Positions 1 through 12,900 of a DNA stretch of 64,000 nucleotides are shown here, piece after piece. Position 1 is the stretch's first letter. Each line of letters begins with the position of its first letter. The notes below the pieces were generated by a model. That model was not told the DNA's origin. It did not search any database and saw only the letters and a list, made by a program, of their open reading frames with translations. A program made the position numbers and the translations under genes. Source of the DNA: Mytilus edulis (lineage: Eukaryota); NCBI RefSeq assembly GCF_963676685.1, contig NC_092345.1, positions 11,346,001 through 11,410,000 on the forward strand, given 5' to 3'.

Positions 1-500
1 GACCTTTGAAAAGAGCCCATCCATACATATTCAAAATTCGAACCTTACATGTGAAAAACAGTAAAATTATTTGGCATTGAAATAGACAACCAGCTAAATT
101 TTGATGTTCATATCAGCTCAATCTGTAGGAAAACATCACAGCAATTAAAAGTTTTAAAACGTTTAGGCACAGTTTTGAATAGACTAAGTAAACTTACTAT
201 GGTTCATACTTTTATTCTTAGTAATTTTAATTTTTGCCCTTTGGCATGGCATTTTTGCACTGAGAAAAAATCCAAAAAACTAGAAAAGGTGCAGGAAAGA
301 CCACTACGTTTTGTATATAAGGATTTTACCAGCTCCTACAAGGACCTCTTACTTAAAGGTAAGGTGCCCATCTTGCAGATCAGACGGATAAGAACAATGG
401 CTCTAGAAACTTTTAAAACTATGAACAATATAGCTCATGCGTGCTTAGAAAATTTGGTGAATGTCAAAAATATGTAAATATACTTGAAATTCCACAGGTA
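1..500 (+). mobile_element. Degenerate non-LTR retrotransposon (CR1/L2-group) ORF2 C-terminal RT fragment
   Basis: Frame reads VKLFGIEIDNQLNFDVHISSICRK..LKRL..FILSNFNFCPLAWHFC..KLEKVQERPLR, the typical RT thumb region of L2/Crack-like LINEs. There are upstream in-frame stops and the element is cut by the window edge. Confidence 0.8.
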
Positions 501-2716
501 AAGTCTGACACCTCGAAACCAGCCATAGTTGTCTATAGAGTTTACCCTAAAGTTTACTACCTTTGCAACGATTTTGAATAACCGTGTGTGTTTGCGCAAA
601 GAATTTCATATATAACTGTACTCTTCTTAGTCAATACGCATAATTATACTGTATTCCCGGGTTTTTTTACGCGAATATTTCATCATAGATTCTATGATAA
701 ACATTGTGTACGTAAAACACGCGTTTCATCTAAAAAAAAACTTAAACACATCTACTTATAAGTGACATCCGAATCAAAAATTTATAAAAAGGCCAAGTAA
801 AATTCCAAGTTGAAGAGCTTTATTTACTGTTGATTTATCATTAGGAACATACCAATGATACTTTCTTACCATCACAAGTGTTGACTACTGGGATAATGAG
901 ACAATCGGCAAGAAAACCTGCGCTAGCAGGGGAATCAACCAAGTTAATACTTTCGTAAGTTGCGTTACTTTCATTTTCATCCTGTCATAGACACGGTTAA
1001 ACACATCTACCATTTACCAGACCAGGATATTCCTTATCAAACCGTACACCCCTATTCCTCCGACAAAAGAATAATAAATTTAGAAAATACCTAAATACAA
1101 CAGAGACTTTGTAAAAGACTGGAATTTCAGTAATCTTAGAAAATATTGAAATAAATAAAAACATATACAACGATCGTTTTACTATCATAGTCTGATTTAG
1201 CTGTAGTCAACAAACTATTTCATATTATCTACCGGGTAGTGACTTAAAGTCATATGAAACGAGTGACTGGTTAAAAAACCTTTTTCCAATTCTTGAACCA
1301 ATGCAAGTAATTATCAAAGTTATAATTTGATATGCGAAATGCGAGTTTTGTCTACATATAAGACTCATCAGTGACGCTCAGATTGTCAACAGGAAATTTA
1401 TAGAAATGAACATATAATTGATATTTATGTCAACACCGAAATGCTGACTACTGGGCTGGTGAACATGTATAAACTTAGTCCCCTCTGCACCATTTTATAT
1501 TATTTTTACGCACCCATATCGAATAATCGCCCCCAGCCCCGAAAAAATCCCTAAGTCTGTTATGATGTGAAATTATGCCAGCTAATTATTTGTCGTGATT
1601 TGATTGTCATCTAAGTGTACAACCAACAAATAAGCATTGATTTGAACACGTGTATGACATGTACAATAATATAATAGTTTACTTATATTTCAGTGACAGA
1701 TCCATACGTATTTCGATCACTTGAGTTTTAAAAGAAAAGTTACGCCGAGATCGCTGCATACGCAAAATTTGCGAATTGCTTACTGGAAGATTATAGTATA
1801 ACCTTGCATCAGTAACATAATTACTGCTTGAACTCATAAATAAATTTTGCTATTAAGGCACTTAATACAAATGGAAATTAGGAAATGAAAAATCAACTGT
1901 TTTCCTTATTTTTGCAACACAACAAGCACTGTTGATTAAGGGTTCCCCTTGTATCATACACATTTTTTGATACCCCTTTGTACTAATTTTATATTATCAT
2001 CATTACAGTTTTAAAAATTAATTAAAACATATCAATGTTAATTTATCTTTAGCCATTTGTAAATGCATATCTTTTCTTTGTTGTGATGTAACACAATTGT
2101 TTCAGTTAAGGGTGAACGTTTGGTACCATAAAACGGTTTAAATTCGCTGCAATTGTTTGCACCTCTCCTAAGTTGGGAATCTGATGTTCAGTAATTGTCG
2201 TTTGTTAATATGGTTCATAAGCATTTCTCTTTTTTTTTTCTTTTTCATATAGTTAGATTCCTGGTTTTCCCGTTTAAATGGTTTAACACTAGTAATCTTT
2301 TGGGCCCTTAATAGCTTGTTGCACAGTGTGAGCCAAAATTTCGTGTTGAGACCGTACCTTGAAATATAATGGTTTATTTTTTATAATTTGTGACTTTGAT
2401 GGAGAGTTGTCTAATAGGCATTCGTTCCTTGTTCATGTTATTTTTCTTTATCTATTTATGATAGAATTTGTTTTTTTGAAATAACAACTGTTTAATTAAT
2501 AGCAAACATTTTTAACCCGATAAAATCCCGACACAATGAACCCAGACGTTGCAGCTTTCAAAAAAGAGTACCAGAAATACCGAACTCCAAGGTAAATAAG
2601 TAAAACTGAAGCGATAATAAGGATGAAATTTTGGATGAAAACAGTTTCGAATGACTTTCTAGAATTTATGGAAGTATGTATCAAATTGTTCATGAACAGT
2701 CTAGTTTATCTAATCA

Positions 2717-2758
2717 ATTATGCAATGACGATATTGTTGCAAAACCTGCATATATAAG
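2717..2758 (+). promoter_or_regulatory. Putative lectin core promoter: TATA box (TATATAA ~2751) with upstream C/EBP-like ATTATGCAAT
   Basis: TATATAAG lies ~60 nt upstream of the ATG at 2812. ATTATGCAAT is at 2717-2726. Confidence 0.45.
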
Positions 2759-2811
2759 ACACGCAAGGTTGTCCAAACAAAGATAAGGAACTGGCAAACC
2801 AAAATATTGAA

Positions 2812-5800
2812 ATGGACATTGGTGTTTTACTTTGCATAACCTTAGGTATGTTTACATTGTATATCTACAAAATAAAAGTATTAAATCTCTAACGTTATTG
2901 TGAAATATAAAAACAATATTCAGTCAAATAGGTAATGATCATGTTAAATGTTTACTAGAATTTACTACGTAATAAAAATATTGAGTCACATAGGTAATTA
3001 TCAAAAAATATTTGATTAATAACAAAGTGATAAGTATTATTAAAATTGTTTTAAAATGAGTTTGTAAGTTTAATAAATTCTATACATCAAATTGATATTG
3101 CGCCATTTTTGGAATTTGCCAAAAGGGGTCATGTAACTAAAAAATAAATTTCAATATGAGCTCTATTCAAAAGCGATCCTCATGAATGAAAATTGTATAA
3201 CCCCCTTTTCCATCCAGGATGGTAAGGTTGTCAAATATCAAATTAAAGTTCATTACGCGTTCATTTCTAATGTTTTTTTGTCGTATAACAAACAAAAGGT
3301 CATACTGTGTATGTTTTAAAATGTCAAACTCCTGTCCCCCCAAATATTAGTTGGATAGGGTTATTAAGTTAAAACAATCTTTCAAAACAAAACTTTCTAG
3401 ATGGTGGTGTTGTCGCATTTACAATTGACTTCTCATTAAGTCTACATTACAAATATCATGCTACCGATCTAACAAATGTAGGGTGGTATATGAAAAAAGA
3501 CGATATGGTATAATTGCAAATGAGACAACTTTCCACACGAGACCAAATGACACAGAAATGTACATCTATAGGTGACCGTACGGTCTCGAACAAAAACCAA
3601 AGTCCATTCCGCATATATAAAAGGCCTTGAAATGATAAATGTAAAACAGTTAAAACGAGAAAACCAACGGCCTAATTTATGTACAAAAATGATTAACTAC
3701 TAGTAACATAAATATGTAACATTGCAACAATAAACCACTTTCGAGTTCATCCGTCACCGGAAAAAACTGGTTAATTAAGCGCGCCGTTGTGACGTCATTT
3801 TCCAGATAGACGGGTCGCCTGTATCCCTGCACTATCAACGTTCATCAAGCGTCTAAGTGATCGTTATTGTGCAGGATAAACTAGAAATAATTTTTGTTTC
3901 GTAGGTGCTCAGTGGTGGATCCAGGCGGAGGGTCCGGGGGTTGGAACCCCCATTTTTTTGGACGATCAATGCATTCAAATGGAAGCATATTGTTGAAACC
4001 ACCCCCTTTTTTTCACTCTGGGTTGAGACCCCCCCTTTTTATAAATGGCTGGATCCGCCACTGGTGCTTAAGCAAAATTCCCTAATGACAGCAGTGCTGA
4101 TTGTCAATTATGAGAATTTAGCTTGCCAAATAAATCGTGCAATATAGTATTATAGTTTTCCAACCATTCGCTCAACATTGGAATGGAACTGACGATGCCC
4201 CTAAACGCACGAATGATGTTCACTAAAGCCAGAGTTTTTGACGGAAATGCATCGAACTCGAAGTTGTCTATTGACATGGAATGATTTAAAGGCTCCTTGA
4301 TTTGGACAGGCATATACAGAATGTGGTGGGGTTAAACTTATTTGAAGGGGCCAGCCCTCCCATAACCTAGGACAGTGGTGAAATAGTTCAACATAAAAAA
4401 TAAACACTATAAAAATAGTAGAAAGAGGCGTTACTCGTCAGATAAATACAAATAGAAAAAATATCCTTCAAAAACACCGAGTGGACGTGACGATTACTTT
4501 GACATCGATCAATAAAAAGACACAAAGTACAAATCTGAGAGTACTCGCAGCTACTGATAGCTAGATGAAAGCCAATACCAAAACTGTTAAAAAAAAACAT
4601 TCATCTAAGACTAAATCAATCAGTCATATTTTTTTTTTCTTATTGTGGTTACTTTATAATTTTCGTACTGTTATATTAATTGTTGCAGGCCTAGTGTGTC
4701 CACCGGACTGGGAACACCATGATGACAACTGTTATTTCTTCAGTAACGATACCCTTCCATGGGATGTCGCACAGGTAAACTTATGAAAATTGAATCACTA
4801 GTATACGGAAACAACAAAATTGTTGTAGGGATTTTATATGGAAGGTTTTAACACAAAAAAAAAAAAGTTTAAGCTTTAAATGTTGATTGCTTGCAAGATA
4901 CCTTGTAAGGGTTCTTAACGTGCAAACAGCGTGGCAATCTCTTTTCACGAGGCATAGGATTCAACGTTCCGATTCTGACCGGACGTTACTGCAAACTTGA
5001 ACATCAAGTACAGCAAAATGGACACCAAAAGGTTAGAAAAGAAATACATACGAGTAAAACAATATTCATTCCATAATGTAATCTATAAAATGTGCATTAA
5101 GACTGTTATCTTTGAAGCTTTTTTTCAAACATTGGTTGAATACAACTACTGGTGGACGTTCCGAATGATACGGAATACACATTTTTTTTACTAGACATTT
5201 CCTGTTAATTGCAAGTAATGAAATGTTAAATTCATTTGGAGCACAAGATATTTGTACCACAGAAAACGATGAATATAGGTTGATTTAGCACATTTTGTTT
5301 TTAATCTTATGTAGAGTAAACGTTCGTCTGACGTACGGAGCTTGTGCATGACTTTAATGTGCCTGTCTATACAACATGTCACAATTCTTTTTGAGAGGAT
5401 AAAATATGAACCATTGTATAAATTTACATTTAAACAAAAGCTTTACTGTTAACGCATTTTTAATTATTTTAATATCTGTATAACCTCACTTAATTCATCT
5501 GATTTGACACGTCTTCAATGAGCTTTCATTGCAGTAATTCAATATGTAGTTATTTTGTAAATAGAATGTTAGTAAGTATTGAATACTTGTTTGCCGATTC
5601 TAATCAAGTCAAGTTTTTTAAGTTATATAAAGGTTATTAACAGAGATAGGGCAAATTTTATTGCTTTCCTTTGCATGTCAAAATCAAGAAGTTTTTAAGA
5701 CATTGATGAATATTAACATTACTTTTCTTTACGGTGATTTGAGCCTTGGCTCACACCAAACAGCAAGCTATAAAGGCCCCATAATGACTGTTATAAAACA

Positions 5801-8121
5801 ATTCAAACAGGAATATCAACGGCCTATACTATTAAAAAAAGAAACAAAAAACACTCATGAACCACATCAACAAACAACACACCCTGAACAACCGGCTTCT
5901 GAATTAGAACATGTGCAAACAAATCCAGCGGGTTTACACTTTTGACCTCCAGTACAATTTTAATTTGATAACAAAAGCCATTTCATTTGCAATAAATTTC
6001 CGGTTTTGAATCATCTTGTCGAATTCAAATTTTGAACGATGATAATAAAAAAAAACCTTATCTGGCACTGGTTCCCCAAAAAAAGAAGAATAGAAACGTT
6101 CACACTGCATGCGAACGTCAGAATATTATTGAAATACCTTTTGAAGACAGTCCTGGTATGAAATATTCAGGGCGAATTGACCTTGACTCATTTAGTTCGA
6201 ACATTTAAATAAATATATTTCATGGTGTTTAGAACTATTGTCAAGAATTTGGAGGTTACTTGGCTGAATTAACAACCACAGATGAAAACAATTACATAGA
6301 ACAGATGTCGAAACACTACTATCATCCAAACAGTACAACACAAGGGGATTACATATATGGTAAAATATATATTATAATAATTATAATATATATATATAAA
6401 TTTATACATGTGCACGTTTGGAAAGGAGAAAAACAAAATTGGAGAAAATATTGTGCAGCAACTACGTTATTCAACGTTTTTCTATCAAATAAGAAATACA
6501 AATTTAAGAACTGAAATTTAAATAGTTCTATGCATGTAGTTAGTGCAATTCAGTTTTACAATAAAGAGATCCTTGATTTGTTCAATCCGGTCATTGAGCG
6601 CAATGCAAATGCTGGGGTATCACCAGCCAAGAAGTGAGCACTACTATGTTGACTTTAGTTATTATTGATATGTTCATAATTATAAAATGTAGATTTTTTT
6701 TAAATACTAAGGCTTGTCTACATCAGGACTAGATTACCTAAGTTGTATTTGGAAAAACTTGTATGAATTTTTGGTCCTCAATGCTCTTCAACTTCGTACT
6801 GTATTTGGCCTTTTTGGCATTTGTTTTTATTCGAGCGTCACTGATGAGTTTTTTTGTAGCGGACACCAAAATTTCCATCCTGGTATCTATGATGAGTTTA
6901 TTAAGTTCTATTTCCACCCAATCCCTATGTTGATAATCGATTGTCGGATACAGATAACTGTTAAATACATTTCTCTTCCAATAAAGGATACTGGACCGGA
7001 GGGGTGAAAAACCGGACCGATGGCAATTGGTATTGGAACGGCAGTGGTCAAAAGATCACATTATTTAACTGGGCTAAACCTGAACCAAATGACCTTGCCC
7101 GAAAAGAAAACTGCATCCATATAAACTCTAATGAAGGGTTCAAATGGAATGATTATGTGTGTACACAGAATGAGTATTTCATTTGCGAGAAAGGGTAAGA
7201 TAAGAGTATATATGATTATTTGATGCTTGATTTTAAACCCAACGAAAAAATCGTTATGAGAAAAATAAACCAACATCTATGAACTTCAGATGTTACAATC
7301 GACGCCTCCTAAAATTCATTTTATCTTAAGAATATATTAGGAAATGAAAAATTATATTATAATTATTATGTATCATTACAATTAACCAATAACACTTGAA
7401 TTGATATGTTATTATTGCCTCAAATTTATTTCACAAAACATTTCTTTTTAATATTTTATGAAATCTGTTGATTGAAATAGTTGTAGAAAGGGTTCCATAA
7501 ATAAAGGCAACAGTAGTATACCGCTGTTCAAAACTCATAAATCTATGGACAAAAAACAAAATCGGGGTAACAAACTATAATTAATCCATATTATTAATCT
7601 GTTTGAAATAAAGCTGGATAAAGTCGTTATTGATGCCACAATTAATAAATTAATACACTTGAGGAAAAAACAAAAAACTCACAAGTGACGCTCGAATCAA
7701 AACAGTTCGAAGGCCGCACCAAATATGACCATCCATTAATAGCCAAAATTATCAAAAGCAAATAGGCCCTATAATGCTTAGGAAATCTATACATGGGTTA
7801 GTCGCAATTAAACATTTCATAAAAAAAATTAATACAGAAAAACATTCTTTACAAAAATTGTCAATTAAAACGTTAATTATATTGATGATATTGCTTTTAT
7901 CTTTGAAGCCGTGTCGACAAGAGGATTGGATTTAAATCTATGATTTATATTCAATTTAATGCACGGTGTATATGAACAATCAAAAATCGTTAAAAAAAAT
8001 AAATTTTAAAACCACACGGTGTAGCAAATATAAAAGTTCACCACACATATATTCATGAACTACAACACTTTTCATTTCTTTTTTCAGACAAGCACGTTAC
8101 TGCCCAGAAGTAGTAGGATAA
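2812..8121 (+). CDS. Secreted single-CRD C-type lectin (perlucin-like), 5 coding exons
   Basis: Exons 2812-2845, 4689-4774, 6233-6359, 6987-7194, 8088-8121 are all GT-AG and phase-compatible. Protein: MDIGVLLCITLGLVCPPDWEHHDDNCYFFSNDTLPWDVAQNYCQEFGGYLAEL...YWTGG...NWAKPEPND...ENCIHI...WNDYVC..NEYFICEKGQARYCPEVVG*. It has six canonical CRD cysteines plus EPN and WND motifs; ATTAAA at ~8191. Exon 1 is the least certain. Confidence 0.88.
3910..4063. mobile_element. MITE with CAGTGG(T/C)GGATCCAG TIRs and 5-bp TSD GTGCT (hAT5-like)
   Basis: gtgct|CAGTGGTGGATCCAG...CTGGATCCGCCACTG|gtgct. Confidence 0.8.
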
Positions 8122-9945
8122 ATGGATACTATTGCAAAAACTGTAGTCTTGTACCTTTTTTTTTTTCTTTTTTTTTTTTAAAGTATTGAGATTAAAGATG
8201 TATTCACGATATTGAATTTTCTATTAATACTTTTTGAAATATGTATTAAGGACCATTTAGCACAACTGTCTGAAACAAATTAAATGTAATGTTATGTCTG
8301 AAGTCACAGTCCTTGACTACAATTTGCCCAGTATTCCGCGAATTGAAACAGTTATGATAACACACAGATAACATATTGTCTATCTTTATTCAAACATTGA
8401 CATCCTTTTATGCTCGGCTCTTTCAATCTACAAAACCGATTCGCTACACAACCTATTCGGAGAATTTGCGTTTAAATATGGAATCAAGTGTAAATCATTT
8501 AATGAATAATGAGCACATAAGAGGAGATTCTGAAATTAAACGTATGAACGTAAAGTAACTTTTTAAAACATGTTGAAGTTATTAAAGTCAAGCAAAGTTT
8601 ATAGGTTTCGTGCCATTTCATTTGTTACGGCATATCTTCCCTTGATAACTAGATACTAGGCCAGCCGACGACGGTTGAGCTAGTGAAGAATCCGTTAATG
8701 CGCTGGATTGTAACAGAGGTCCCGAATTAAAATCCCACAGGAGAAAATGTGATTTTCTAGTGAGAATCACGTTCACATGTTACATTTTGCGCCCATCTAA
8801 AATACGCACGGTGTATACAAGGAATTTCCAGAATATATTTGTAGCCAGAAAATGTGTTGTGCTAGTCATTTGAATCTTGCAATAAAATATGTGTGACAGG
8901 ACTACTCCTCCTTAGTATTAAGCAATAAGCGGTTTATATAATTAAATACGTGTTTACCTAGGTCTCCGTCGGTTAGAGTGCTGACTAGTAAAAGTGAACC
9001 AGGGATAGAGTCGGTACGAGATAATTTGATTTTCTAATAATAAGCAATAAATTACCTTTTATATGTACATAGTTATATTATAATACTATTGTGATTTTTA
9101 TTGTTATTAAATACATCAATAATCATTATTGCAAACCTAATCTTGAACTATATCCTTTTTTTCAATTTAGAAATTTACTTGAGTGATGTAGTTATTTTAG
9201 TGTTATATTTATCATTGCCATTAAAGCTGGTGGTTTGGCTAGCCACAAAACCAGGTTCAACCCAACATTTTTTTCTTAAAATGCCCTGTATAAAGTCAGG
9301 AAAATAGATAATTGTTATATTTTAGTTCGTTTCTGAGTGTGTTGCATTGTCGTTTGGTTTTATGTTGCATTTTAGTGTTTCTGTTGTTTCGTTGATTTCC
9401 TCTTATATTTGATGCGTCTCCCTCAGTTTTAGTTTGTAAACTGGATTTGTTTTTCTCTCAATCGATTTATGACTGTAGAACAGCGGTATACTACAGTAGC
9501 CTTTATTTATAGGTAATCACCATACAAAAATAATAAATGAAAATACAAACGACATGCGAATAACATATACGTACAAAACAGAAGAAGATGTTTTTATCTT
9601 TTATGTGATAGCTAGCCTACATGGGCATCAGTATAATTGGACTAGAAAATAACATTAGAATATTATATGACGTAACCAACAATAAGAATACAATTAAACG
9701 AAAAACGATAGATGTGGTATTGGTTTTTACTTTCATTTTAAATCACTTTCTAAAAGCAAAATATGCAAACTTTCCGAAGAAAAAAAGTTTTGAGTGCTAA
9801 AGCTTCACAAAGTGAGTATTGACAGTTTCGGATTGTATATTAATTTTAACAAGAAAAAAAGGAAGTTGCGAAAAAAAGGAATAAAGTGCATAATACATAA
9901 TCCAAGAACAACCAAAGAATGATAAATAATAACAAATATTATTCA

Positions 9946-12900
9946 TTAATTTGTTTTGATATTCCCTCTGCAAACCGGACACACAGCTTGACTCTGAAAA
10001 TAAAAATATATATATATTCTTAAAAAGAAGTTCAAAAGTTAATGCCGGAAATTTTAATTCAAAATAATTTAGGGAATTGTAAGTAAAGTAAATGCGAAGT
10101 AATCAAATTGTTAGTTTAGTTAACAAAGGGAATTGTAAGCTAAATTTTCAACAGAGGTAAGTTAAGTCAAGACATGAAACTGGCAGTTCATACAGGGAAT
10201 TGTAAGTTTAGTTAATACAAGGAATTATAATTCAAGTTTTCACAGCGAATATATGAACCTCCTTAGTCAATATACATTATTACATATACAATTGTAACTT
10301 TTGACCAAACATATAATTCTGCATTCTCTAAAATTACAACCAATCTGATGTAGCCGTAGACATCCACTTTTTCTTTTTAACCAACGAGAAGTTCTTAAAC
10401 TACTTGCAAGATAACTCTTTCAAAATATTACCAGGATCAATAATTAAAAAGAAGATAGACGAGAAGACACGAATATCCGCCAAAAAATTACAGATTTGAA
10501 AAGTGAAGATTGAGCAACATGCCCCTGAAGGGTAGGCAGTTCCTATTCTATAAAGAGCACAAGTCGACATGTGTTGCTCATAACATGTTGACCTCCAGTG
10601 AAAATGCATTAATGAGGAAAAAGAAAAAAATTAACAAAAATCCTAGTGACAAGGAAAAAGAGGAAGTCCATAGAAACTGACGGAACGAGTGAAAAACAAC
10701 TGCCGTATATTCGTATAATTGACCTAGTACATATCGTGGCTAATACGTATTAGTTGGGTAAAATATAATGTACACTAGAACTCATATAAATATTTGCTGC
10801 ATGTTGCTACATAAGAATGAAAATAAATCATCTCTTTTAATATATTTAAAACATGTCGCATACTGTTGATTAAGAGTTTAATCTCCTTATATGAAGAAAT
10901 GAAGGTCTGTACATTTTGTTTTAGTGCTGTGATTTGTTTTTTCCTATTTTAAGAAATACTGTTTAAAACTTTTAAGACAAATCAAATTTTTCTCACCTTT
11001 AACCATTTATCTATGCATGTTTTATGATACGAATGGAAACACGGCAACGTTTTTATACTTTCTCCATCTTTGTATTCATTTAGGCATATACTACATGAAT
11101 TTTTATCACTTTTGAAAGTTTTATTTAGTCCTGGTGTAGATTTGAATTTGTGACAAGGTATTCGTCCTATTTGTTCTCCCGTCAGTCCTTTACTACGCAC
11201 ATCGCCGTTTCTTTCTTGTAATTCCCATAAGGCCTGTAAATATCAATTGATTTTTTTTTAATTTAAAACTCCAAAGATTAAGCTTCTTCGTCCCGTATGT
11301 GGTTCAATGGCTTGGACAAATACTCTGCAGATAAACTTAATTCGAAAGTATAAAAAAGCTGGTACTACAGATGCTTTATAAGACTAGTTTTTTCTACCAA
11401 TCCATTTATTTATCATCTTAAATAAAAATAATTGTGTCTTTCTCAAATTAATTTGTTTTTAGTTCATTTTTTAAATTCAGTTGTGTTGTATGTCTGTGCT
11501 GTATGTGTACACTGATTTGGCTACAGGAGCCAAACTATTGTCATATTAACCAATAATGTCTGTTAGGGTTGCGCACCCAATGTTATCAAAATAACTGGAC
11601 TATAAACAACTGTAATACAAGTGGAAGATTTGGCTAGCTAGAAATCTAGGTTTAATCCACTTTTTTCTTCGAAAACACAGGTACCGAATCAGGAATATGA
11701 AAGTTTATTTCCATTTATTCCGTTGGTTGTTAGTCTAACGTTTGTTTTTCAGGTTTTGTGGACTTTCGCCTTTTTGAATTCACATTGGAGTTCTGTATTT
11801 TTTTATACTTTTTTTCTTGTCCAGAAAATTCATTTATCAGGTTCTTACATATGAAAGCAAAGTCCTTAAACAAAAACTGTGTAATTCTATATACAATGTA
11901 CGTGTTAAGATTTTTGCTTAAAAGAGAAACACTACACCAACCTTTGTGTAGGCATGTCATACAGCTACAAAAAAACTAAGCCCTCAGTCAGTGGACAAGC
12001 TGTGCTTCGTTTGACTACTACATCTACCGTATCCAGGGAGACGGTAAATACAACTAGCAGTGTTATAACCATTGTTATACAATAGAACTGTGTAATAATT
12101 ACAAGATACGGACTGTGCATAGAACTTGAACACAAATCATTGGAATATTGGAGAGCTATCTGTGTTGTTGAAATGTATATAAAAGTTATATTTTAAAGAA
12201 TTCTGTGTAAGTCAAAAATATGACAATTGTTATCCATTCGTTTGATGTGTTTGAGCTTTTAATTTTGCCGTTTGATAAGGGACTTTCCGTTTTAAATTAT
12301 CCTCAGAGTTCGGTATTTAAGTGATTTTACTTATCCTACAAATCTGTTGCAAGTTTGTAAATTTACCTCATAATCATCAACATCTATATCATCACTCGTA
12401 AAACGGCTCATGTTATCACGGTTCTGAATGGGATTCCTGTGATAACCACCAAAGTCCATTAACCTTGCTCTTAATCCTCCAGAAGGTAGTAGATTGTGTG
12501 GCTATAATAAAAAAAAATATGTAACTTTAAAATCAATGAATTGTTGCCCTTTTAGTTTATGGCTAGGTATTCGGCTATACATTTTGTCATTTTTGTGGTT
12601 CTATCAGCTCTCCAAGCTCTTTTTTAAGTTATGTCTTTCCGTTAGTATTATCATATTGAGTAACAGCAATACTCAAAATTTTATTTACTTCGCGTTTTGT
12701 CTGTAGACATGGTTTTGAAGTTCCTGCTAAAGAAACTCATCGTAGATACAAGTATACCAGGATTAAAATTTTGTACGTCAGATTCGCGTTTCGTTTACAA
12801 AGTTCGAATCTTAAATAAAGTATCTCGTAAGCAAAATAATTATAAGTCCTTCGAAAGGTTTGTCCATGCTTTCCATTGAATGTACTTGTAGTCAAAATCC

